Source: a candidate division WWE3 bacterium (GTDB lineage Bacteria > Patescibacteriota > 4484-211 > GCA-002791395). Taken from it: a stretch of DNA of 64,000 nt. A model generated the notes under the pieces. It searched no databases. It worked only from the letters and a program-made list of their open reading frames with translations, and was not told the origin of the DNA. The first letter of the stretch is position 1. The number at the start of each line of letters is the position of its first letter. Positions 1 through 8,400 of the stretch are shown here, one piece after another. The translations under genes and the position numbers were made by a program. The stretch lies in assembly GCA_013335095.1 (NCBI GenBank), contig JAAXWF010000003.1, positions 69,960 through 133,959 on the forward strand. Direction: 5' to 3'.

Positions 1-882
1 TTGCCCGAAATTCTATGGCATTTAGATGAGCCGTTAGCTGACCCGGCCGCTGTTCCGGTATTTTTCTTAAGTCAACTTGCTCGAAAAGACGTCACCGTTG
101 TATTAACTGGTGAAGGTGGAGATGAATTATTTGCAGGTTACAAAGAAGATTTTCAATATCCATTAGGTTCATTATTAAAGCCAATGCCGGGAGCTACCCG
201 CAGTGCGCTGGCTATCGCGTTTGCCGAACTACCAATTCAGAGAGGAAAGGCGCGTGGATATCGAAGCTTATTGAGTGAAAAACAACGCGCCGAACATATA
301 CTCACCGATGTTTTCCGATTTCAGCAGCCACCGATCTTACCCCATTCAGCTCCAGACGCATCAGATGAATTTAGTACGTATTCATTTGATTCATTTTGGA
401 ATAAAGCAAATGGTTTATCTTGGCTCGACAAAATGATGTATCTAGAAACTAGTATCTGGTTAAGTGGTGATCCATTAATGAAGGTAGATAAAATGACCAT
501 GGCGCAATCACTCGAGGCGCGGGTTCCGTTATTAGATATGGAAGTTGTCGAGCTTGCGTTTCAGATCCCCTCAGACTATAAAAATCCCCAGGGAGTCGAG
601 AAATACTTACTACGCCAAGCGTTTAAGGATATCTTACCGACAGATATTTTTGAACGTAAAAAGTCGGCATTTGAATTACCTCTCAAATCATGGCTGGCAC
701 ATGAATTAAAAGACATGGTTAATGAACATCTTTCAATTGATCGGCTCAATGCGTCGCCTTATTTGGATGCAACAATGGCGCGCAAAGTCGTAGACGATCA
801 TCAACAAGATCGTAAAAATTATGCATACGAAGTCTGGGCATTACTGTGCTTTCAATTATGGTATCAGCGATGGATGACATAA
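1..882 (+). CDS. asnB: Asparagine synthase (glutamine-hydrolysing)-like amidotransferase, C-terminal part (5' end outside window)
   Basis: Motifs DEP, VVLTGEGGDELFAGY, KVDKMTMAQSLEARVPLLD, EKYLLRQAF, RKKSAF; position in a glycan locus suggests sugar amidation. Confidence 0.9.
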   Translation: MPEILWHLDEPLADPAAVPVFFLSQLARKDVTVVLTGEGGDELFAGYKEDFQYPLGSLLKPMPGATRSALAIAFAELPIQRGKARGYRSLLSEKQRAEHILTDVFRFQQPPILPHSAPDASDEFSTYSFDSFWNKANGLSWLDKMMYLETSIWLSGDPLMKVDKMTMAQSLEARVPLLDMEVVELAFQIPSDYKNPQGVEKYLLRQAFKDILPTDIFERKKSAFELPLKSWLAHELKDMVNEHLSIDRLNASPYLDATMARKVVDDHQQDRKNYAYEVWALLCFQLWYQRWMT

Positions 883-886
883 TATT

Positions 887-2041
887 ATGCGAACGCTCGT
901 TTTTGGCCACGCCTATTCAGCTGCCTATAACCGAATCGACAAATTGAGCCGTTTAGCATCCGATAAACGAGTCCAGCGGCTTGGTGTTGTTATCCCATCA
1001 CCTTGGCATGATCGGATGATGGATACCCCACGTAACTTTTCTCGAGTTTCGGTTGATGATTTATATGATGTCTTTACCATTAAACCGCTCTTTACAGGAT
1101 CACAATCTAAATATTTATTTATGCCCAATGCGATTGCCCATGCGATTGAGTCGTTTAATCCGGATGTGATACATGTAGAACAAGAGCCCCACGACCTCAT
1201 TACCGCAGAGATTATTTGGATGAATCTGCAAGTTCATCGGCGTCCAATTGTTGTGTTTACCTGGGAGAATATACAACGACCGATGTCGATATTTAATAAA
1301 CGTGCTTGTAATGTCGTATTGAAACATGTCGACCATATTATTGCCGGGAATCGTGCTGCGGTCTCATTGAATGAATCGTATGGGTACAAGGGCAAAGCTT
1401 CGGTTCTCCCCCAATTTGGTGTCGATACAAATCGTTTCAGAAAAATTGACGTGAATAGTCTAAAAGAATCGCTTGGATTGCGCGATCGATTTATCGTTGG
1501 ATTTGTTGGACGATATACAAGTGAAAAGGGGATTGGGACATTAATTGAAGCCGTGAAAAAACTTGCTGCCGATTCGGATATTCCGCGTTTTACTCTGTTA
1601 TTGATGAGCTCTATGCAGCCACCAAAATGGATTACCGAAATATCTAATGATTTAAAAGATTACATTCGATTTGTTTCGTCGATACCACACGAAGAATTTC
1701 CTCGGTATATGAACCTTTTTGATGTTCTGGTGTTACCATCTGAATCTCAGATAGAGTGGCAAGAGCAGTTCGGACGAGTTCTTATCGAAGCCATGGCATG
1801 TGAGGTTCCTACCATCGGCTCATCAAGCGGTGCAATTCCCGAAGTTATCGGTGATCATGGATGGATCTTTCCAGAAAAAAATTCGTTAGCGTTATCTGAT
1901 ACTCTTAAGCAAGTAATGTTAAACCCATCTCAATTAAACGAAAAAAGACATGAAGTCCGAGAATACGTTACGAATAATTTTACCCATGAGGTCGTTTGCG
2001 ATCAGACGATTAAGATTTGGGAGGAATGTATAAACAAATGA
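887..2041 (+). CDS. Glycosyltransferase family 4
   Basis: GFVGRY..EKG, DVLVLPS, EQFGRVLIEAMAC, GAIPEV (GT4 EX7E motif). Confidence 0.9.
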   Translation: MRTLVFGHAYSAAYNRIDKLSRLASDKRVQRLGVVIPSPWHDRMMDTPRNFSRVSVDDLYDVFTIKPLFTGSQSKYLFMPNAIAHAIESFNPDVIHVEQEPHDLITAEIIWMNLQVHRRPIVVFTWENIQRPMSIFNKRACNVVLKHVDHIIAGNRAAVSLNESYGYKGKASVLPQFGVDTNRFRKIDVNSLKESLGLRDRFIVGFVGRYTSEKGIGTLIEAVKKLAADSDIPRFTLLLMSSMQPPKWITEISNDLKDYIRFVSSIPHEEFPRYMNLFDVLVLPSESQIEWQEQFGRVLIEAMACEVPTIGSSSGAIPEVIGDHGWIFPEKNSLALSDTLKQVMLNPSQLNEKRHEVREYVTNNFTHEVVCDQTIKIWEECINK

Positions 2042-3141
2042 GAATTTTATATGTTGATCATGCGCCGTACGAAGGGGGAGCCGAAGTCTCGCTCAAACAT
2101 CTTATTGTGCATTTAGATAAAAAGAAGTATCAGGCCATCATCGCTGCTCCCAAAGGTGCGGTGTACTCTGAGCCACTTATTACACATAACGTTCCCTACA
2201 TTCCAATTTCGTTTCATTGGTTGCACTATCATTTGCTTTATCCGATTGTATTGGATGTTATAAATCTGTTGATAATTATTAGAAAGGTTCGTCCAAATAT
2301 AGTGCACTTAAATACGCGGGTAACTAATGTACTAGGAGGAATATTAATTCAATTAAGACCTTTTTTGCCTTTTCTCCAATCAATCCGATTCATCCATCAT
2401 GTTCGAGATAAAGATCCTTTGCCTCAATGGAAATTTAATCTTATCGGTAAAGCCGATTGGCTTATTGCAAATTCTTCTCAAGTTAAAGAGTTTTTAGTTG
2501 AAGGTGGTATCGATGAATCCAAGATTTCTGTGATTTATAACGGTGTCGATCTATCAATTTTCAATCCAGTTAGATTCCCGTGTACCGAAGAATCATTTCC
2601 TAAGATTACTTTTATTGGACAACTATATCCACGAAAGGGTGTTCTGTATCTATTGGAAGCGATGAAGCGAATTGTACAAGTATTCCCCAATGTCCGATTA
2701 GAATTAGCGGGGCAGGATCCTACTCCGCATCAGTCGAACCTGCGTCAATACAAACAATTGGCATCCCAGCTTGGAATCGAGCAATCAATCACTTGGTTAG
2801 GGTATCGTGACGATATCGCCCGGGTTTTGTCGTGTACTGATGTCTTTGTGTTGCCTTCTTTAGAGGAGCCGTTTGGAAGAGTTCTTATAGAAGCAATGGC
2901 CCTTAAAATTCCGGTTGTTGCAACTAGGGTTGGTGGTATTCCCGAGATCGTCGTTGATCAACAGACAGGTCTACTCGTGCCACCATCCAATAGTACTGCT
3001 TTAGCTGACGCAATAATCACACTCCTTGCCAATGATTCCGTTCGAGAATCAATGGGACAATCAGGGTATAATCGTGTTTGCTTACATTTTGATTTAGCCC
3101 GGCATGTTGAGTCTGTGCAAAACCTGTATAATCAGTTGTGA
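2038..3141 (+). CDS. Glycosyltransferase family 4
   Basis: GGAE, EPFGRVLIEAMA, TRVGGIPEIV; start moved to ATG 2038 (ATGA overlap with upstream stop). Confidence 0.9.
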   Translation: MRILYVDHAPYEGGAEVSLKHLIVHLDKKKYQAIIAAPKGAVYSEPLITHNVPYIPISFHWLHYHLLYPIVLDVINLLIIIRKVRPNIVHLNTRVTNVLGGILIQLRPFLPFLQSIRFIHHVRDKDPLPQWKFNLIGKADWLIANSSQVKEFLVEGGIDESKISVIYNGVDLSIFNPVRFPCTEESFPKITFIGQLYPRKGVLYLLEAMKRIVQVFPNVRLELAGQDPTPHQSNLRQYKQLASQLGIEQSITWLGYRDDIARVLSCTDVFVLPSLEEPFGRVLIEAMALKIPVVATRVGGIPEIVVDQQTGLLVPPSNSTALADAIITLLANDSVRESMGQSGYNRVCLHFDLARHVESVQNLYNQL

Positions 3142-4622
3142 TGTTTTCACGTATCTGGATAATAACTGCTATTAATCGTTTTCTAGAGCCAGTATTCAAG
3201 CGATTTGACTTAATATTATTAGGTCTGATCATCCTCATACTCATTCTCCCTAAGTTTCCATTTATTCCTGTAGAGGGCATTTATGTTAATATCCGCATCG
3301 AAGATTTTTTGATTGCTTTTGTGTATATTCTCTGGTTGCTCGGCTACCTTGCCGGGCGGTATCGTATCGGATCAATTTATAATAGTCACGTTATTCTCTT
3401 TTTTCTTGGGTATGGGTTATTGATTACCTTATTAGGGTTAGAGGTTTTGGGTACGATTAGTAATACCAAGGTTGCTCTTTTACATTGGCTCCGACGAGTC
3501 GAGTACATGGGGATATTTTTTGTCGCGGCTACTGTTTTAAGAAAAGAGGGTTTAAAAACCTATATATATGCACTGTTAGGTACGGGTGTTTTTACCTGGA
3601 TTTATGGCTTTCTTCAATGGAAGGATTTGGTTCCAGGGGTTCACACATTAAGCAAATCGGGACAAATTGGTACTTTTTCGGAAATTGGGTATGTCATTTC
3701 TACCTTTGGTGCCCATTATGATTTTGCTGCATTTTTAATTCTGATGATGGTCTTGTCGATTTGGGGGTATTATTCGCATACCAGCCGAAAATATAAAGTT
3801 TTATTCGTATTTTTAGCGTTTGCTTTCTGGTGGATGTCTCGTTTAGTGTATGGTCGTTCGGCGTATTTAGGTATGTTGGTTGCGGCTATTTTTATCTTTT
3901 TAGTTAAGCGGAGTGCGTTTGTCCTTATTCCTGGATGGGAAGTTTTTCAAACGTTTAGTCGGTATTTTGGTGGCCGTTTTAGTAAGTATTCGTACGAATT
4001 TAAGTTTAATATTTTGCCTTCGCCAATGCCCGAACCTACTCTTGTTATTCCAACACCTACAGTTTTACCCACTGATGTCGATTCATTAACGCCGACTCCC
4101 ACACCAAGTGGAGCATTTGGTGCCGGTGTTTCTGAGCAGGCAAAAGCCACCCAGACTTGGCTCGATATCCATACCCATGAATGGTCTCAGATGCTACGCC
4201 AGTATTTACTACGTCTCGATGTTAACTTTGATCCATCAGCTAATATTCGTATAACTTTATGGCAAGATGCATTGGCCAAGGTCGGTTATAACTTTTTGTG
4301 GGGTGGTGGATACTCAATTAACGGGATTGGTACCGATGGCGATTATGTTCGTCATATTGTTGAGGTTGGAGTGATTGGTTTGTCGGTTTTTCTGTTAATC
4401 CTTTTTGATTTTATGCGTATTTCTTGGCGTACATATCGTCAGGAAACTGATTTAGCTACTCGTCATTTTCATCTGGCGATGATTGCATTTATTATCGGGC
4501 TTTTAATTGAGGCTCTGTTTATTGATATTTTTGCCGCATCAAAAATAGCCCTTCTATTTTGGTTTCTCATGGGATTTGTTGCCCTCTATGCTCCTAAACC
4601 GTCAGAACAGGTTGCCAGGTAA
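3138..4622 (+). CDS. O-antigen ligase / Wzy-like polytopic membrane protein
   Basis: Many hydrophobic helices; RIEDF, GRSAYLG, SANIRITLW, WGGG, DGDY..HIVEVGVIG; contains a Pro/Thr-rich loop. Confidence 0.7.
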   Translation: MMFSRIWIITAINRFLEPVFKRFDLILLGLIILILILPKFPFIPVEGIYVNIRIEDFLIAFVYILWLLGYLAGRYRIGSIYNSHVILFFLGYGLLITLLGLEVLGTISNTKVALLHWLRRVEYMGIFFVAATVLRKEGLKTYIYALLGTGVFTWIYGFLQWKDLVPGVHTLSKSGQIGTFSEIGYVISTFGAHYDFAAFLILMMVLSIWGYYSHTSRKYKVLFVFLAFAFWWMSRLVYGRSAYLGMLVAAIFIFLVKRSAFVLIPGWEVFQTFSRYFGGRFSKYSYEFKFNILPSPMPEPTLVIPTPTVLPTDVDSLTPTPTPSGAFGAGVSEQAKATQTWLDIHTHEWSQMLRQYLLRLDVNFDPSANIRITLWQDALAKVGYNFLWGGGYSINGIGTDGDYVRHIVEVGVIGLSVFLLILFDFMRISWRTYRQETDLATRHFHLAMIAFIIGLLIEALFIDIFAASKIALLFWFLMGFVALYAPKPSEQVAR

Positions 4623-4654
4623 CACTATTTCTAATTTTAATAAAAAGTATGAAT

Positions 4655-4691
4655 AAAAAAATGGAGAGCGTCGTTGTGTTGACGCCCTCCA
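4655..4691 (-). terminator. Intrinsic terminator of the 4697-5104 gene
   Basis: Hairpin ggagagcgtc...gacgccctcc preceded on + by an A-tract (U-tract on minus). Confidence 0.65.
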
Positions 4692-4696
4692 GCTGC

Positions 4697-5104
4697 TTAG
4701 TTGTCGCGGTTGAGTAGTACCTCAACGGCCCAGATCGGCGGCTCGTTGGAGGGTGATGTATCTGTCATTCGACAGAACAGACACGTACATCCTATGAGGT
4801 GTTTTCCGCGTGGCGGGAGCTGCTCGAGGCGTGCCGGACCGCCGCTTCCGAGCTGTCCGTCGAACACGGGCACAGTACCATCAGGCTTTGAGTAGCCTTC
4901 AGGTACTGCCACCGCCCCTTTTTCGGGGGGGATAAGCGGCGTGGCTTTCACCTTAGCCAGCTGTTCCTGGAAGTTCCAGGGTTTGGGCTGTGGGAAAAAC
5001 CTGTGTTCTGGCAAAAATGCCCACTTAAAAGCGAGCGCCAGGCCTCCGAACGCGATCAGGCCGAGTATGAACCTGATCAGGTCGAACCAAAAAAGTCCGT
5101 CCAA
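4697..5104 (-). CDS. Hypothetical small membrane-anchored protein with HxxGCxCxxC motif
   Basis: SD AAGGAGG before TTG start, N-terminal TM helix, own terminator, GC-rich. Confidence 0.6.
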   Translation of the reverse strand: MDGLFWFDLIRFILGLIAFGGLALAFKWAFLPEHRFFPQPKPWNFQEQLAKVKATPLIPPEKGAVAVPEGYSKPDGTVPVFDGQLGSGGPARLEQLPPRGKHLIGCTCLFCRMTDTSPSNEPPIWAVEVLLNRDN

Positions 5105-5183
5105 TGTCGGCCTCCTTACGGTTATCCGATATAGCTATATTATACGTTAGTTGAAAAGGTTATTGAGATCTGAGTGGAAATTT

Positions 5184-5243
5184 AGAAAAATAGGGCCGGA
5201 TTTCGTGGTTGTAAACCACGAAACCCGGCCGAAGCCGACGACG
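5184..5243 (-). terminator. Conserved 3' hairpin/terminator, copy 1 of 3
   Basis: ggccggatttcgtggtt-gtaa-accacgaaacccggcc, followed on minus by ctatttttct; repeated at ~6021-6078 and ~6822-6879. Confidence 0.8.
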
Positions 5244-5307
5244 AACTGATGTGGGCCGTCAAGCGATGTGAACATTGCAGGGTGGTGCAACCCTGCGGGC
5301 TAGGGCG

Positions 5308-5739
5308 TTAGCCGTCAATCCAGACGACGGTCGCCCAACAATTGGCGTACCAGGGGACTCCTAGTAGCCAGCCGTTGCTGAGTGCCTTAGGGCACGCGAC
5401 CGGGTTCCAGCTCCACAGCTGGGTGGTGTTGTAGCTGACATGTCCACACTCTGTGAACTGTCCGTTATAGTAGGCCGTCTCCCATGGCTTGGTCGGGTTA
5501 AAGAAGTTACCCGTCCAGGTGACCTGGGTCGACTGGGCCCCGGGGCAGGCCGAGTAGTGGGCGATGTCCAGCTGCTGATCAGCGGGCTGATCAATCGACG
5601 CCGACATCGGGGCCGAGTTGTCGACCTGCTGGTCGGCCGCGTGGGCCGACTGCGGTGCGAACGAGCCGATCAGGCTGGCGATCACTGCGAGCAGGGTCAC
5701 GAGCTGGGCGAGACGCTTCATGGTGTAGCTGCGCAGCAT
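5308..5739 (-). CDS. Small secreted Cys/Trp-rich protein (143 aa), paralog of 6134-6553
   Basis: SD GAAAGGAG before ATG 5739; signal peptide ending SAHA; 4 Cys aligned with paralog. Confidence 0.8.
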   Translation of the reverse strand: MLRSYTMKRLAQLVTLLAVIASLIGSFAPQSAHAADQQVDNSAPMSASIDQPADQQLDIAHYSACPGAQSTQVTWTGNFFNPTKPWETAYYNGQFTECGHVSYNTTQLWSWNPVACPKALSNGWLLGVPWYANCWATVVWIDG

Positions 5740-5802
5740 ATGCTGCTCCTTTCGTAAAGCTGAAATAAGCTTAGGGGCGTAGTGTGCCCCTCTTCCATAA
5801 AA

Positions 5803-6078
5803 ATCCCGTCCGCTGACTAGCACCATCATCAGGGGGCGGGGTAAAGTTGTTTTGGCTTTCAAAACAACTTAATCCCACCTCCTAACAAAGGGCTAGAAGC
5901 AAGGTAATGCACCAAACTGTCAATGTACAGAATATGAGAATTACTCACATTCATATAATAATGATAGTACTATGGGTTAGGAAAGCAAATGTTTAAGTAT
6001 GAAATTTGTACAATTTATGAAGAAAAATAGGGCCGGATTTCGTGGTTAGACCACGAGATCCGGCCAGTGCCGACGACG
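5803..6078. repeat. 276-bp intergenic direct repeat, copy A (terminator + promoter + structured 5' leader on minus strand)
   Basis: Aligns without gaps to 6604-6879, about 13 mismatches counted by eye. Confidence 0.95.
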
Positions 6079-6133
6079 TTAGGACGTCAAGCTTTGCGTA
6101 CAGTGCAGGGCGGTGCAACCCTGCCAGGTTAGT

Positions 6134-6553
6134 TTACCACCAGATAGGCTCTTCCCACCAGCAATTGCTCCCCTTCGGGAGCGGTAGCGGGTGACCTTCC
6201 CACCAGCTGGGGCACGGAACGTCATTTGTCCACCACTCTCGGGCCCAGTTTCGGTGACCGCAGTAGATCCAGGTCCGTGTCACTTCGAAGTAGAGGTTGC
6301 TGTTGGCAGCCACGTAGTGACCAGTCCAATGGACTTGCGTTCGTTCCGCAGTTGGGCACTGGGCGTACTTCACCATCTCGTCGCTGGACGAATCCGGCAG
6401 GTCGATGGCAGTACGGCTGATCTGGGTGCTCTTGGCGATCTCGCTATTTGCCGCAGCGGCCTTTTGTGGCGTCGCCAGGCTAATGAGCGTCAGACCGAAG
6501 AGCAAGACGAACAGGGTGGACAGCCTCTTCACGAGGCGCTTGTTGCGCAACAT
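6134..6553 (-). CDS. Small secreted Cys/Trp-rich protein (139 aa)
   Basis: SD AGAAGGAG; signal peptide ending KAAAA; shares Y..CP.A..TQV.WTG, CGH, V.CP, NCW with 5308-5739. Confidence 0.8.
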   Translation of the reverse strand: MLRNKRLVKRLSTLFVLLFGLTLISLATPQKAAAANSEIAKSTQISRTAIDLPDSSSDEMVKYAQCPTAERTQVHWTGHYVAANSNLYFEVTRTWIYCGHRNWAREWWTNDVPCPSWWEGHPLPLPKGSNCWWEEPIWW

Positions 6554-6603
6554 TTTGCGCTCCTTCTTAGGTGATTTGGGGCGCTAGAGCCCCGACTTTT
6601 CCT

Positions 6604-6879
6604 ATCCCGTCCGCTGACTAGCACCATCATCAGGGGGCGGGGTAAAGGTGTTTTGGTTTTCAAAACAACTTGATCCCACCTCCTAACAAAGGGCTAGAAG
6701 CAAGGTAATTCACCAAACTGTCAATGTACAGAATATGAGAATTACTCACATTCATATAATAATGATAGTACTATGGGTTAGGAAAGCAAATGTTTGAGTA
6801 TGAAATTTGAACAAAGTGAGAAGAAAAATAGGGCCGGATTTTGTGGTTAGACCACAAAATCCGGCCAGTGCCGACGACG
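6604..6879. repeat. 276-bp intergenic direct repeat, copy B
   Basis: Near-identical to 5803-6078; compensatory change in terminator stem (cgtgg/ccacg vs tgtgg/ccaca). Confidence 0.95.
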
Positions 6880-6897
6880 GTTAGGCCGTCTGGCCTT

Positions 6898-7251
6898 TTA
6901 CTCGAACCGGTAATACCAGTTATAGTAGATCCCGTCTTGGTAGAGGGATCCTGGGTACTGGTTCCCGGCCAGGTCGAACGTCGGGGGGGTAACCCCGTAG
7001 ACGGGGCCGCTGTGGGCCTTGTGGGGGCCCATCAGCGGGACGGTGATCATAACGCTCGAGCAGTCCGAGCGGATGATTGTACCGATTACGCCACCACTGT
7101 AGAGGTTGATCACGATCTGACAGACCTTTGCCGCCGGGCTGGCGGCGGTGGTCGAGGCCTCGACGTGGGGCGGGTTAACCGCCGTGAAGCCGAGGGACGC
7201 GAGCAGGGCCATGATAATGAGCCAGTGGCTCCAGTGCAGGCGCGGCAACAT
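6898..7251 (-). CDS. Small secreted protein (117 aa), two Cys, aromatic C-terminus
   Basis: SD GAAAGGAG; signal peptide ending VEA; followed by the same 3' hairpin as its neighbours. Confidence 0.75.
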   Translation of the reverse strand: MLPRLHWSHWLIIMALLASLGFTAVNPPHVEASTTAASPAAKVCQIVINLYSGGVIGTIIRSDCSSVMITVPLMGPHKAHSGPVYGVTPPTFDLAGNQYPGSLYQDGIYYNWYYRFE

Positions 7252-7491
7252 ATGCCGCTCCTTTCTCCCCCAAATGGGGGTGGTAGGAAGATCCTCCGTG
7301 ACCGGTGTCAGGAGGCATTACTGCTTATTATCCTAATAGTCAGAAATGCCCCCTGAAGAGGTCTTGGATATGTGCCTGGTATGTAAACGTTCGATAGAGG
7401 CATGTAGAACATGCCTATTTCTAGTATAGACCCACTGAGCCTATAGTAAAGTTGATGGGAGATTTAGTTCATTCTTTGTTACAATAGCCAT

Positions 7492-8400
7492 ATGAAGTTG
7501 TCGGTGATCGTTCTTTCATACAATACCCGTGCTCAAACTCGTGATTGTCTGGCATCATTGGTTGGGTTACGTGATGTCTCTATCGGAAAGGATTTTGAAG
7601 TCATCGTTGTTGATAATTTTAGTAGTGACGGTAGTCAGCAAATGATAAAAGATGAATTCCCTCAAGTGACTTTAATCGAACAACGTTCTAATCTCGGATT
7701 TTCTAAAGGTAATAATGTCGGAATCAACTCACTTCATAAGGATAGCCAATATGTTCTGTTTTTGAACCCCGATACAATTGTTCCTTCGGGCACATTAAGC
7801 GAAATGACTAAATTTATGGATGAGAATTTGATGGTAGGTGTGGCTACGTGCAAGGTCCAATTAGCCGATGGGGGTATTGATATGGATTGTCATCGTGGAT
7901 TTCCTCGTCCATGGGTCGCCGCAACTCACTTTGTTGGACTCGATAAGTTATTTCCGAATAATCGGTTAGTATCCGAATATCATTTGGGATGGGAAGATTT
8001 ACAACGTCCTCATGAGATCGGTTCGGCTGTAGGAGCATTTCTTTTTGTCCGTCGTACTATCGGTGATTCAATAAACTGGTTTGATGAAGATTACTTCTTA
8101 AACGGTGAAGATATCGATCTGTGTTACCGAATTCATAAAGCCGGATACTTAGTGATGTATTATCCAAAAGTAACGATTACTCATTTGCGCGGAGTTGCAA
8201 AAGGTACCCGTAAAGAATCAACCCACATAACCAGTGCTGATTATGAACGGAAAAAGATGGTAACTAATGCAACGGTGAATGCAATGCAGCTGTTTTATGA
8301 TAAACACTACCGTAATAAGGATCCAAGATGGAAAAATTTGATCGTTGACGCAGGTATCTTTTTGCTCCGTCAAAAGAGACTGTGGTCTATTCACTCATGA
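7492..8400 (+). CDS. Glycosyltransferase family 2 (WbbL-like)
   Basis: LSVIVLSYN, VVDNFSSDGS, NLGFSKGNN, FLNPD, GAFL, EDIDLC. Confidence 0.9.
   Translation: MKLSVIVLSYNTRAQTRDCLASLVGLRDVSIGKDFEVIVVDNFSSDGSQQMIKDEFPQVTLIEQRSNLGFSKGNNVGINSLHKDSQYVLFLNPDTIVPSGTLSEMTKFMDENLMVGVATCKVQLADGGIDMDCHRGFPRPWVAATHFVGLDKLFPNNRLVSEYHLGWEDLQRPHEIGSAVGAFLFVRRTIGDSINWFDEDYFLNGEDIDLCYRIHKAGYLVMYYPKVTITHLRGVAKGTRKESTHITSADYERKKMVTNATVNAMQLFYDKHYRNKDPRWKNLIVDAGIFLLRQKRLWSIHS

Noticed and set aside
5807-5840. Hammerhead core CUGAUGA in the array leader (minus strand)
   Set aside because: No stem II-GAAA-stem III arrangement follows.
5184-6879. Canonical integron attC sites
   Set aside because: Hairpins lack RYYYAAC...GTTRRRY ends, carry U-tracts typical of terminators, and no intI gene is present.
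5361-7356. Overlapping antisense or alternative-frame ORFs in the GC-rich array, and similar short ORFs elsewhere in the track
   Set aside because: Shadow ORFs expected from codon bias; they lack the SD, signal peptide and terminator support of the chosen frames.
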